DNA of 64,000 nucleotides from an uncultured Candidatus Poseidoniales archaeon (GTDB taxonomy: Archaea; Thermoplasmatota; Poseidoniia; Poseidoniales; CAYMED01). The notes below the pieces were generated by a model. That model searched no databases. It was given only the letters and a program-made list of their open reading frames with translations, and was not told where the DNA came from. Of this stretch, positions 30,147 to 39,618 are shown one piece after another. Every line of letters begins with the position of its first letter. Positions within the stretch are counted from its first letter, which is position 1. The stretch lies in assembly GCA_964389655.1 (NCBI GenBank), contig CAYMED010000006.1:4679-68678 (forward strand). Direction: 5' to 3'. The position numbers and the translations under genes are program-made.

Positions 30147-31138
30147 GTGGATTCCAACCTTCTATTTGTATGGATCATGCGAGAACCCGAAGCGTCTACA
30201 TCAAGAGAGAGCATTTTCATGGATGGATATGCTGAATGGATGCGTGTGCGCATGCCTTCGTTGCCATGAATGAGGATGAAGCCACCACCACCTGCACCGA
30301 GGAGCTTTCCCCCCGTCGCACCAAGTGATAGAAGAGATTCGTAGAGGTCGTCGATTTCCTGGTTCGTGATATTTGGGGCGAGTGCACGCTTAAGGTTCCA
30401 GGCGTCATTGAGGAGGGAACCTATTGCTGAAAGGTCCCCTTTCTCAAGGTGCTTTCGCACTTCAAATGCTTGGTCTCTCATTTTTTGAAGACGAGGGATT
30501 TCATCGACAGTCCGCTTCTTTTGCTCTTCAAGAACAGAGTTTGCAGAGCGGGTGAGACCAGTGTAGACTAGTGTGAATTCATTAGAAATACGCAATTGCG
30601 TGGCTGCATCAATACGCACTGGTTCAACTACAACAGTCCCATCATTTTGGAAATGAATGGTATTTATTCCACCAAAAGCAGCAGCATATTGATCTTGCAT
30701 ACCTATTGGTTCACCCAGCCGCTCAATCTCAAGTTCACAGGCACTGGAAGCAAGTTCGGCTGCATCCGTCCATCTTCCCTCATAGACGTGTAGTGCATGC
30801 AAAAGGCCCACAGCAAGTGCTGATGAAGAACCAAGGCCAGTCCCCCGAGAAGGAATATCAGCAATAGTCGTAATTTCAATACCTTTACTAATTCCTGTCA
30901 TTTTCAGTGCTTCTTGAACAATGGCATGTTGAAGATCATCAACATGGTCTACAATTTCTGTTTTACTATAGGATAACCGGATCTGATTGTCAAAGCGGCG
31001 GTTGGCAGTTACGTAAATATATCTAGAAATTGCCATTGACGTAACTGCACCACCATTCGGGTCTTCCCCCCAAAAAGCCTCAAGGTCTGTGCCTCCGCCA
31101 CATAATGAGACGCGCACCGGTGTACGACTAATGATCAC
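30143..31138 (-). CDS. GHMP-family sugar kinase (HddA, heptose-7-phosphate kinase-like)
   Basis: RTPVRVSLCGGGTD, GTGLGSSS, GMQDQYAAAFGG, GKLLGAGGGG; GTG start at 31138. Confidence 0.88.
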   Translation of the reverse strand: MIISRTPVRVSLCGGGTDLEAFWGEDPNGGAVTSMAISRYIYVTANRRFDNQIRLSYSKTEIVDHVDDLQHAIVQEALKMTGISKGIEITTIADIPSRGTGLGSSSALAVGLLHALHVYEGRWTDAAELASSACELEIERLGEPIGMQDQYAAAFGGINTIHFQNDGTVVVEPVRIDAATQLRISNEFTLVYTGLTRSANSVLEEQKKRTVDEIPRLQKMRDQAFEVRKHLEKGDLSAIGSLLNDAWNLKRALAPNITNQEIDDLYESLLSLGATGGKLLGAGGGGFILIHGNEGMRTRIHSAYPSMKMLSLDVDASGSRMIHTNRRLEST

Positions 31139-31234
31139 ACTTCGCCGATTCGTATAACCCTCATGAACCCCGCGGGGGGGTGACGTCCCCATACGCCCGA
31201 AGGAATATCATCCGTGCGCGGCCGGGCAGGAATA

Positions 31235-32161
31235 ATGGCCGAGGGAATGATCCAGCTAGATGACTTCTCAGATGAGGAAATAATTCAATTGCTTGATGAT
31301 GCTGCCGCATTGCAAGATGTAGCAAGGGGTGAAAGAGTTACTCGCCCACTTGAAGGGCGTATTCTTGCTAATGTATTCTTTGAGCCATCTACCCGTACAA
31401 GAATGTCATTTGAAGCCGCAATGAAGCGTTTGGGGGGTTCTGTGATTAATATGGCAGAATTGAGTTCCACGTCCATAGCTAAGGGAGAGACGCTTCATGA
31501 CACAATTCGTGTGCTAGATGGTTATGCCGACATAATCGTATTGCGCCACCCACGCGAGGGTGCTGCAAGATTTGCTGATGACCTATCAATACGCCCAATA
31601 ATCAATGCAGGAGATGGTGCTGGAAGACACCCAACACAAACATTGTTGGATCTATCAACAATACGCTCCTCTCATGGGACATTGGATGTCCAAATTGCGT
31701 TAGTGGGTGATCTCAGATATGGACGAACCGCCCACAGTTTGGCAAAAGCCATGTCGAGGTTTGGAGCATCCATCATGCTCTGTAACCCTAAAGGGCTATC
31801 CATGCCCGATGAAGTCCTTCAAGACCTACGCAAAGATGGTACGACTGTCAAAACATATGATACATTAGATCATGTCATCGCAAATGCCGATGTCCTCTAT
31901 ATGACAAGAATTCAGCGTGAGCGTTTTCCCGACGAAGATGAATACTCAAGAGTTGCTGGGTCTTTCCGGTTAACTCAAGCAGACCTTGACAGTGCTCGAG
32001 AAGGGATGATCGTATTGCACCCATTACCTCGCGTGGATGAAATTGATGCAAATGTTGACGGAACCGAGCATGCCCAATATTTTGAGCAGGCATTTCATGG
32101 TGTAAGCACAAGAATGGCCATACTGTGCCATTTACTAAGTGTAAAAGGGGTGAATAAATGA
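31235..32161 (+). CDS. pyrB: Aspartate carbamoyltransferase catalytic subunit
   Basis: FFEPSTRTRMSF, HPTQTLLD, GDLRYGRT, RIQRER, HPLPR. Confidence 0.98.
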   Translation: MAEGMIQLDDFSDEEIIQLLDDAAALQDVARGERVTRPLEGRILANVFFEPSTRTRMSFEAAMKRLGGSVINMAELSSTSIAKGETLHDTIRVLDGYADIIVLRHPREGAARFADDLSIRPIINAGDGAGRHPTQTLLDLSTIRSSHGTLDVQIALVGDLRYGRTAHSLAKAMSRFGASIMLCNPKGLSMPDEVLQDLRKDGTTVKTYDTLDHVIANADVLYMTRIQRERFPDEDEYSRVAGSFRLTQADLDSAREGMIVLHPLPRVDEIDANVDGTEHAQYFEQAFHGVSTRMAILCHLLSVKGVNK

Positions 32162-32628
32162 GTTTGCCAGTGCGCCGCGTTGCTGCAATTAGAGATGGAA
32201 CGGTAATTGACCATGTGCCTGCTGGAATATCGATGATGGTGCTAAAAATGCTTGAAATTGATGGGAGAAGGTCAAACCCAGTTAGTTTATTGATGAATGT
32301 TCCATCTGATAAATTGGGTATGAAAGACATCATCAAAATTGAGGATCGTGAACTTTCACAACATGATTTAGATCGGTTAGCACTTATCGCAGGGGAAGCA
32401 TCAGTCTCGATTATACGAAACTTTGAGGTATCTGGAAAAAGGACGATTAGAATGCCAGATGAGTTTGTCAATGTCGCCAGTTGTGCATTCACGAATTGCA
32501 TCACCTTTTCTGGCAAAGAGCCCCTAACCCATCGGCTAAGGGTGATTTCAAGAGATCCCACTGAAATTCGATGCCACTATTGTGGCCGAATACAGCCATC
32601 TGAAGGAATAACAGAACGGCTTGGATGA
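32158..32628 (+). CDS. pyrI: Aspartate carbamoyltransferase regulatory subunit
   Basis: IRDGTVIDHV, KDIIKIE, Zn ligands CAFTNC and CHYC. Confidence 0.96.
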   Translation: MSLPVRRVAAIRDGTVIDHVPAGISMMVLKMLEIDGRRSNPVSLLMNVPSDKLGMKDIIKIEDRELSQHDLDRLALIAGEASVSIIRNFEVSGKRTIRMPDEFVNVASCAFTNCITFSGKEPLTHRLRVISRDPTEIRCHYCGRIQPSEGITERLG

Positions 32629-32680
32629 TTTACACACCATGCTTCTTTACTTAGAATGCAAATTGTACTTTGATGCAGCA

Positions 32681-33664
32681 TCATTGGGTCCAAGTTACCA
32701 TCTTACACGGCATACAAAGGCCTGGCAAAGAAATCGGAGATTGACACGAATCACAGTGGTGGTCCAACAAGCGGGGTTCTGAAAGGTTCATCACCTCCAT
32801 GAGCCTATTTCGAATTTCATCTGACGCGCGAATTAATCCGTTTCTTGTCCCTGGTGTCGATGACTCTAGTCGGTCAATGGCTTGCCGGTGTTGTTCGCGC
32901 ATGGCGCCTATTGAATGTGGGCAATCACCTAAATGTACTGGCAACCCTAATTCAGATACAGTAACATGAACTTCAATTTCAGGAATCCAGCGCATCGGCG
33001 TTATTCGAGGAGTCATTCCTTCAATTGGTCGTGAGGTGTGTGGGGCCATTCGCAAAAGGCGATTCACATCACCCCGTTGGAGGTTCATCAGTACCGTCTG
33101 AGCTGTGTCATCTAAATTGTGACCTAAAGCAATAACACCAGCCCCTACGTTGTTTGCTAAGTATTCAAGTGCTCTGCGCCTAAATACGCCACAGAAACTG
33201 CAAGGGCCGAGGCCTGAAGTTTCAGGGTGTCGGTTTCTAATGGAATGAATATCCGAAACAATATCATCGATCCCAACTAACCCGATTTCATGGAATCCAA
33301 TATAATGATGTTCCACCCCATATTTACGGCATAATTCGGCGGATGTATCAAGACCCTCTTGACGATAACCATCAATTGATTCATCGATTGTTCCTGCAAT
33401 TAGGCGCACATCAGGGCGCCTTTTGAGAATTGAATGTAATGCCCAAAGAAGCAATGTGGAATCTTTTCCTCCACTCAATGCCACTAAAATTACCAACCCA
33501 TCAGGGCCTGCTAGTTTTCGAATTGGTAATTGTTGGCGAAGCTCCTTGGAAATTCTCTTTCGGACCGATTCACGGAGATGAAGTGAACAGACATCAAGAC
33601 CAGACATAGATTGGTGCATCACAGATTCTCGTGAGCAACGCGAGCATGATGGTGTCTGAATCAT
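32681..33664 (-). CDS. tRNA 2-thiolation protein (Ncs6/NcsA/TtuA family)
   Basis: N-terminal CSRC..CSLH, PP-loop ALSGGKDS, CSFCGVFRR, GHNLDD, CPH, C-terminal CDSC..CMPC. Confidence 0.9.
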   Translation of the reverse strand: MIQTPSCSRCSRESVMHQSMSGLDVCSLHLRESVRKRISKELRQQLPIRKLAGPDGLVILVALSGGKDSTLLLWALHSILKRRPDVRLIAGTIDESIDGYRQEGLDTSAELCRKYGVEHHYIGFHEIGLVGIDDIVSDIHSIRNRHPETSGLGPCSFCGVFRRRALEYLANNVGAGVIALGHNLDDTAQTVLMNLQRGDVNRLLRMAPHTSRPIEGMTPRITPMRWIPEIEVHVTVSELGLPVHLGDCPHSIGAMREQHRQAIDRLESSTPGTRNGLIRASDEIRNRLMEVMNLSEPRLLDHHCDSCQSPISLPGLCMPCKMVTWTQ

Positions 33665-33696
33665 GTCAACCCTTGCTTAACCGAGAATCATTCACC

Positions 33697-34377
33697 TCAT
33701 GATATCTCTTCATCCATGGAGGACCAAACCATAACCTGATTTTGCCCAATAATTGATGACTCAACCAACTGCAAGCCACTAGAGTTCCATGTGCTGAGGC
33801 GGCGCTCAAGATCAACTAGGACATGGTATCGCTCTGCAAGAGTACCATTGGGTAATTGCCATGTAACCCAAGCCACGTCACCATCCCAACGCACGTTTTT
33901 AGGGGAATTTGGAGCCCAACAAGTAACATATATTCTTCCCCTTGGACGTAACAACCTTTTAGCTTCTGAAAGAGCAATAACTCCCTCATTCAAAGGAAGG
34001 TGGTGTAATGTCGCTACACAAAGAATTGCGTCGAAGGAAGAATCATCCCAAGGCATATTTCGTATATCACACACAAGTGGAGTAACTGAGGGGTGGGCAA
34101 GTTGCGCAAGCGCCACCATTTTGGGGCTCAAATCACATGCTTCAACGCGATGCCCTGCACTCAATCCAATTCCAATATGCCTGCCACTTCCACACCCTGC
34201 AATCAAAAGGTCGACTGATTTTGGAAGTTGATGGAGCCAGTCTACTACATGCGACCAAGGCTTGTTTCTTCGTTGGCTAAAATCATCCGCTATTTGGTCC
34301 CAAGTACGCTGCACGCTCTCAATGCCCGGAAATGATTGGTCTCCGGAGTCACGGGCCCGGGGCTCCAAATTGCTCAC
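33697..34377 (-). CDS. Class I SAM methyltransferase, Trm9/ALKBH8-like
   Basis: WDQIADDFSQRRNKPW resembles the Trm9 N-terminus; AGCGSG; FDAILCVATLHHL; RLLRPRG..TCWA. Confidence 0.75.
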   Translation of the reverse strand: MSNLEPRARDSGDQSFPGIESVQRTWDQIADDFSQRRNKPWSHVVDWLHQLPKSVDLLIAGCGSGRHIGIGLSAGHRVEACDLSPKMVALAQLAHPSVTPLVCDIRNMPWDDSSFDAILCVATLHHLPLNEGVIALSEAKRLLRPRGRIYVTCWAPNSPKNVRWDGDVAWVTWQLPNGTLAERYHVLVDLERRLSTWNSSGLQLVESSIIGQNQVMVWSSMDEEIS

Positions 34378-34395
34378 AGCATTGCCTTATCGTGC

Positions 34396-34408
34396 GAAGG
34401 TTGATCAA
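34396..34408 (+). promoter_or_regulatory. GAAGGTTGATCAA upstream motif (copy 2, before the roadblock gene)
   Basis: Identical to 20219-20231; 30 nt before ATG 34439. Confidence 0.45.
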
Positions 34409-34438
34409 GCCGTCGGACCGCCTCCGAAGAGGTTCGGC

Positions 34439-34741
34439 ATGATTGAACGAGTGATTCACTCCTTGACGCGACTTGAAGGCGTTCTAGATGCACGTGTTGT
34501 AAATATGCATGAAGTCAATGAATTGAGTACTCAAACGGCCATCTGCGCTGAAGACCTAGTCAAATCCTCCACAGATAGTGAATGGGTTGATGGCTGGATT
34601 GAAACAAAGGAAAAGAAAATCAGCATGCGAAGAATACACGGTGGCCGCACATTGTGGATTGAAAGCACAACGGCACTAGCAACTGGACGGATACTCCACC
34701 ACCTTCAGCGCTCTGCTGCATTAATTGAAGAAATCATATGA
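34439..34741 (+). CDS. Roadblock/LC7 (MglB-like) small protein
   Basis: 100 aa from ATG 34439: IERVIHSLTRLEGVLDARVV...WIETKEKKISM...ATGRILHHLQRSAALIEEII fits the roadblock helix/strand pattern. Confidence 0.62.
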   Translation: MIERVIHSLTRLEGVLDARVVNMHEVNELSTQTAICAEDLVKSSTDSEWVDGWIETKEKKISMRRIHGGRTLWIESTTALATGRILHHLQRSAALIEEII

Positions 34742-37700
34742 GTGAGTGATATGTTTAGCATGCCAACTGGCAAAATTGTCCCACGAGACACTGATTTGTC
34801 GATTGAAGTAACACAAATGCCATTTGACCACGGAGCAATTACTCATACAACCAATAGGGGGAGGAAGATAATTGCGCATCGGATTATTGCTGATGGAAAA
34901 GTTGTTGCTTGTATTGCAAATAGCGATTCAAAGACTGAAAATGTATATCTTGTTGGCGAGAGGGCAATAAGAAGGCTAACCCACATTGCACGTGATGGTA
35001 AACTTAATTCACGCGGTGTTATATGGACCCAAGCACAAGTTGAACTCGTACTTCGTAGGTTTCCCGACGCAATTATCGATAGAAGGAGGGTTCGGGGACT
35101 TGTCCTTGAAGATGACCCATTTTCGCACATAGAAGCAAGAGACCTAGCAGCACTAACGCGTGAAATCGCTGATAGGCCTGCGGTAATTGCTGCATTATCA
35201 GTAGAGTCAGGAATTGTAATCGAACATGCAGGAAGCCTCCCTCAATCCCCTGATGAAGCCGCTTCTGGGATTCAAGCCATGGTTGATGCATTTGATTCAG
35301 GGGTGGAAAAGGCACCCATTGATGTTCCACGCACATATATAATTGGAGGTAATGAGGCCACAATTGCCTTATTACGCGAAGGAAGTGCTAGCCTCGTACT
35401 ATGGGTTCAACCGGGAATGGATCCATCTGCAATTCTAGCAAATGCGTCAGCAGTATTGAGAATGACCCCCCCACCAGTTGAAGATTTAGTAGAGTTGGAA
35501 AGTTTGCCAAAAGGGATTGAAGTTACGAGGAAAAAAGGAGGTGTTGAATCACTTATCCGCCTTCTAGATCAAGCTGCAGAAATCGAGGTTTCAGGAGCAA
35601 TTGTTGCAAGAACGCCAGAACGTAATGCTGTCAGCCTTCTACTCGTTGGAGGGGTCCCAAGGGCACTCCATGGAGCACAAGACCTAGAGACTGGGTTACA
35701 AAAAATGACGGATTCTGCTGCAAATTTGGTTATTGAAAGAATTGATGGGGTGGCACGTCTCGCACTAGTTGCAGAAACAAGTGAAAACTTTGATTTACAA
35801 AATCTTCTCGAAATGCTCCCCTCTACACGAACAAAACGTGAAGACAAGATTAAACTGAGGCGGGCTTTACTAGAAGAAATCATTGGTTTCCATGTAGGAA
35901 TTGAGCGCCTTGATCGTGCCCGAACAAGTTGGAAACAAGCAGAATTGTCGGGATTGCCAGTAATGGTCCCAATGGAGCAAAATGATGGGGAAAAATCGCT
36001 TTTGATCGCTGATAAAACCGAAGAAAAAGTGCGGCTGGAAGAAGAATTAGTTGGCCTAGAACGCACAGTAGCTCGCAAAGACCGGCGCCTGAACGAGGCA
36101 TCTGCAACTCATACTCGTTTACGAGAGGAAACCGATGTCCTGCGAGATGAAATGGCATCATCTAAAGATAGAGCAATTCAATTAGAGCAAGAATTAGAAT
36201 TAAGCAGGGCTGCTACAAAGCAGGCTGAAAGCGCTGAAGAAGAAGCACAAAAACGTAATGAGCGCTTGGCAAGGCGTGTTTCTGAGTTAGAATTAGCTGT
36301 CGCTGAACGTGTTGAAGAAGTCGCGAAGGCAATTGCTGGTGCGGGATCTGCCGAAGAATTGGGTCGGACAATTGACCGTATGGCGCGAGAGGAAGCAGAA
36401 TTGCGAGCCGACGTTCGTGGACTTGAAGAAAACCTCAGAGACCTAACCTTAGCAAATGATTCTGCTGAGCGCCTGCATAGGGTGCTTGATGAACAAATAG
36501 AAAGTACAAGAAATCGGTTACGCGTATCTGGTGCCGAACTTGATGAAGCACTAGCCCGTTCGGATGGGGCAAGAGGAGATCTAGAAGTTCTAGAAGCAGA
36601 GATTGTAGCACTTCGACGGAGACACGGGGATGAAATAAATGCAATACGTGACCTTGAAATAAGGTCCGCGCACATTCAGAATGATTTGCGCGATTTACTT
36701 GAACAAAGACGAGTACTCCTACGTGAAATCGGTGATATTGAAGCGAGGCGCAGTAGAGAGGGGGCTGAATTACGAAGCCTTATTGAAGAAAGTAAAAACA
36801 TTACAGATGCTCATGAAGAAGCCTTGCGAGATATTTCAGAGGCTGAGAGGCTTCGAAGCAAACTTCTTGATGAGCCTTTGGGGCAAGCACTGCTTGGAGC
36901 AGATCATGGCTTTGCAGCACTATCTCCCGTCCTTCAGCGGATTGATGAGTCGCGTCAACGAGGATACAGCATTGTTTTGCTAGATAGAGCAGTAGAAAGA
37001 GGGCTTCGTGTAATTCAAGCAACAGTGGATGAGGTAGCAAGCACCCCCCGCAACCTTTTGGCACGTGAAGTGCTAGAACTTCTAGAAACGCAGGCGCCTG
37101 AAACTGCTGGTGCAGTACGCGGCCTTACGCGATGGTCGGTGCAAAATAGGTTACAATATCGTCTAGGAGAATGTGTGCAGTTAGTTGTCCTAGAAATTGA
37201 GGCAATTCTGGATGAATATGACGAAGCAATCACGATGTTACGAAGATTGAATGGAGTTATTGCTGAATTAGCACGCCTCGGAACATCTGAAGATATTCTT
37301 CACCCCCTAGAAGGAGCAACACATCGCCCAGAAGTGCTACCCATTATCGCGCGTCGTGTCCGAGAGCATGTGCAACGTGCATTGGATCGAATATATCTCG
37401 ACGCTGATCGACAAGATCGAGGAGAATTGGCATTAGACCAAACAGCTGATGCACTTGAAGCATTAATCGATCTGATGGATGCCAGTGGATTAACTGGTGA
37501 AATTCCCCCAGGCAGACTATGGTCATTTCAGAGGTCTGGAATCCTGTCCTTCGAAGAATTATCACTCACTGAGCGAGAAAGACCACCAGTAGACATAGAC
37601 ATGGTAGAAGACATGCGTCCATTTATCGAAGGATTAGATGAATCATCACTTGAAGGCGTACGTGAACGTGCTAATGATGTTGGTCAACAAGAAACACCAC

Positions 37701-38029
37701 GCATTGTGAGTGAAAATGAGGATTTGACGACACAGATTGATGACAATCACTTAAACGGATGGGATGACCTAGGCCCACCAGATGATCGATTAGGCGTCGA
37801 TGATGCATCTATTGCTATGCCAAAAGCACCTGTCTCAGCAATTGCATCTGCTGAAGAACTAGATGAACTTGCACAACTCGACTCTGAAATAGATCGGCTT
37901 GATCGTGAAGCAAAAGATAGAGTTCAAGAAGCATTAATGATTGACGAGTTTGAAGAATTACAGGAGGAAGAGGATGCGGATGAAGCAGTTGAGAACCTAC
38001 GTTCTGACCTTGAGGACATCGATCTCTAA
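34742..38029 (+). CDS. Multidomain protein: DUF2226-like + roadblock + DUF2226-like + long coiled coil + acidic tail
   Basis: MPTGKIV..DGKVVAC..GERAIRRL..QVELVLRRFPDA; LTREIADRPAVIAALSVESGIVIEHAG..SLVLWV; LPKG..VSGAI..GGVPRA; heptad E/R/L/A region; no Walker A. Confidence 0.7.
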   Translation: MSDMFSMPTGKIVPRDTDLSIEVTQMPFDHGAITHTTNRGRKIIAHRIIADGKVVACIANSDSKTENVYLVGERAIRRLTHIARDGKLNSRGVIWTQAQVELVLRRFPDAIIDRRRVRGLVLEDDPFSHIEARDLAALTREIADRPAVIAALSVESGIVIEHAGSLPQSPDEAASGIQAMVDAFDSGVEKAPIDVPRTYIIGGNEATIALLREGSASLVLWVQPGMDPSAILANASAVLRMTPPPVEDLVELESLPKGIEVTRKKGGVESLIRLLDQAAEIEVSGAIVARTPERNAVSLLLVGGVPRALHGAQDLETGLQKMTDSAANLVIERIDGVARLALVAETSENFDLQNLLEMLPSTRTKREDKIKLRRALLEEIIGFHVGIERLDRARTSWKQAELSGLPVMVPMEQNDGEKSLLIADKTEEKVRLEEELVGLERTVARKDRRLNEASATHTRLREETDVLRDEMASSKDRAIQLEQELELSRAATKQAESAEEEAQKRNERLARRVSELELAVAERVEEVAKAIAGAGSAEELGRTIDRMAREEAELRADVRGLEENLRDLTLANDSAERLHRVLDEQIESTRNRLRVSGAELDEALARSDGARGDLEVLEAEIVALRRRHGDEINAIRDLEIRSAHIQNDLRDLLEQRRVLLREIGDIEARRSREGAELRSLIEESKNITDAHEEALRDISEAERLRSKLLDEPLGQALLGADHGFAALSPVLQRIDESRQRGYSIVLLDRAVERGLRVIQATVDEVASTPRNLLAREVLELLETQAPETAGAVRGLTRWSVQNRLQYRLGECVQLVVLEIEAILDEYDEAITMLRRLNGVIAELARLGTSEDILHPLEGATHRPEVLPIIARRVREHVQRALDRIYLDADRQDRGELALDQTADALEALIDLMDASGLTGEIPPGRLWSFQRSGILSFEELSLTERERPPVDIDMVEDMRPFIEGLDESSLEGVRERANDVGQQETPRIVSENEDLTTQIDDNHLNGWDDLGPPDDRLGVDDASIAMPKAPVSAIASAEELDELAQLDSEIDRLDREAKDRVQEALMIDEFEELQEEEDADEAVENLRSDLEDIDL

Positions 38030-39326
38030 CAGGACGAGGAAATGGATCATCCCCCCATTGCTAGTTGTTCTAGCGATCAATTCTGTTTCCGCAATTGATG
38101 CAGATCTTGATGGATTTGAGTCTAACCGTGATATGAATGATATGAAAGATATGATACATTCAATGCCAAAAAAAGGATGGGATTCATCAATTTGGGCCGG
38201 TTCTTATGAGCAAATTTCCTCGTTTAATTCGAGTATAAATTCCATCGAAATCGGTGATATAAATGAAGATGGATTTATGGATTTAGCTCTTGCAATGGAT
38301 GGTTATGATGTTATCCTACCTGGCAAAAAAGATGGTTTTACATCCACCCCAATTTGGATTTCAAAAGATGATTCCATCACCGCTGATTTATCTATTGGAG
38401 ACATAAATGGGGATGGTTATTTGGACCTTGTCCGTACTCGATACAATGCACCAGTGGTTGCTCATTTATCGAATAATGGAAACCTGCCAATAGAGCCGTC
38501 TTGGACAGACCAGAGTGGAGGGAACATGGGAACATTTGTAGATCTCGTAGATGTGGACGGGGATCTAGACCTAGATCTGCTGCTCGGCTTTGACCTCCAG
38601 TTAGACCGCCTAGTTCTAAATGAGAACGGGACATTATCTAATGAGATAAGTTGGAGTTCTACCGATTCAATACGTACCCGCGCAATGGCTGTTGCGGATT
38701 TGGATGGCGATGGGGACTTGGAATTGGCAATCGCGCATGAAGATGGACCATTGCGGGTATACACGATGAATGCGAGGGGTGAGTGGAATCTCTCATGGTC
38801 TTCAGAGATCAAACACCATGCCAGGGACCTCGCTTTTGTACCTAAAAAGACAAATGAGGAAATTTACCTTTTTGCTGCCATTTCAGGAATTACGCACGGG
38901 TACCGGGTTGATCAAAAACTAGGGCTTGCCTATGATGATAAATTCCATGCTCCCTCATCGGACACGTTGGCATTTAGCGTAGTGGACCTTGATGGTGATG
39001 GGATGTTGGAAATTATTGAAGCAAATGCGGGAGGCATGAGCATATTAGAAGTCAGAGACGAGGGACTGAGAATGGAGTGGCACAGCAATGACTTCCCTGC
39101 AAATGACATTGAATTGTTCGATTTAGGAAATGATGGGGACCTTGACCTCATTTGGGCCTCTGATGAAAGAATAATGCTGATGGAACAAAAGCCGAGGTAT
39201 GTCGAGCGATTTATTGCAGCATCCCCTGTAATAATTATTCTAGGTTTAACAATCACAATGGCCTTCATCCTACACAAGCGGGAAACGAATAAACTGGTTA
39301 AGTACACAAAAACGAAAGAGAAATGA
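38010..39326 (+). CDS. FG-GAP/VCBS repeat beta-propeller surface protein with C-terminal TM (start uncertain: TTG 38010 or 38058)
   Basis: GDINEDGFMDL, GDINGDGYLDL, DVDGDLDLDL, ADLDGDGDLEL, DLDGDGMLEI, DLGNDGDLDL; C-terminal TM plus basic tail. Confidence 0.88.
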   Translation: MRTSISNRTRKWIIPPLLVVLAINSVSAIDADLDGFESNRDMNDMKDMIHSMPKKGWDSSIWAGSYEQISSFNSSINSIEIGDINEDGFMDLALAMDGYDVILPGKKDGFTSTPIWISKDDSITADLSIGDINGDGYLDLVRTRYNAPVVAHLSNNGNLPIEPSWTDQSGGNMGTFVDLVDVDGDLDLDLLLGFDLQLDRLVLNENGTLSNEISWSSTDSIRTRAMAVADLDGDGDLELAIAHEDGPLRVYTMNARGEWNLSWSSEIKHHARDLAFVPKKTNEEIYLFAAISGITHGYRVDQKLGLAYDDKFHAPSSDTLAFSVVDLDGDGMLEIIEANAGGMSILEVRDEGLRMEWHSNDFPANDIELFDLGNDGDLDLIWASDERIMLMEQKPRYVERFIAASPVIIILGLTITMAFILHKRETNKLVKYTKTKEK

Positions 39327-39339
39327 ATGGCGTGATTTG

Positions 39340-39618
39340 ATGAAAAAGTACCCTTTGTGGATTGAAAGGTCGGTCCTATTAACATTGTTAGCAATGACTG
39401 CATTTGCTGTTGGCAAAGCAGGCACCATCTTTGCATCAATTGCAACTGGATGCGGGGGGGTTCTAGTATCTCTAGTCATCACCGAAGCGATTGGAAGAAG
39501 AATTTACTCCAATTCAGCGGCGCCGAATGGGATTCATTTTCTCGAGGAATCCAAAGACACTTTGCCAAGGAACAACGAAGCGGAGAAGTGCAGCGGCTGC
39601 GAAGAAGAGGAGGGCTGA
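39340..39618 (+). CDS. Small two-TM membrane protein
   Basis: SVLLTLLAMTAFAVG and IFASIATGCGGVLVSLVI; fills the gap after the FG-GAP gene; 3' end overlaps the convergent gene by about 105 nt. Confidence 0.5.
   Translation: MKKYPLWIERSVLLTLLAMTAFAVGKAGTIFASIATGCGGVLVSLVITEAIGRRIYSNSAAPNGIHFLEESKDTLPRNNEAEKCSGCEEEEG

Noticed and set aside
31168-31177. CCCCGCGGGG palindrome between divergent genes as an operator or terminator
   Set aside because: Single GC-only 10-mer with no second copy noticed and no U-tract
34742-38029. SMC/Rad50 ATPase
   Set aside because: No Walker A/B, signature or hinge/Zn-hook motif; only the coiled coil is SMC-like
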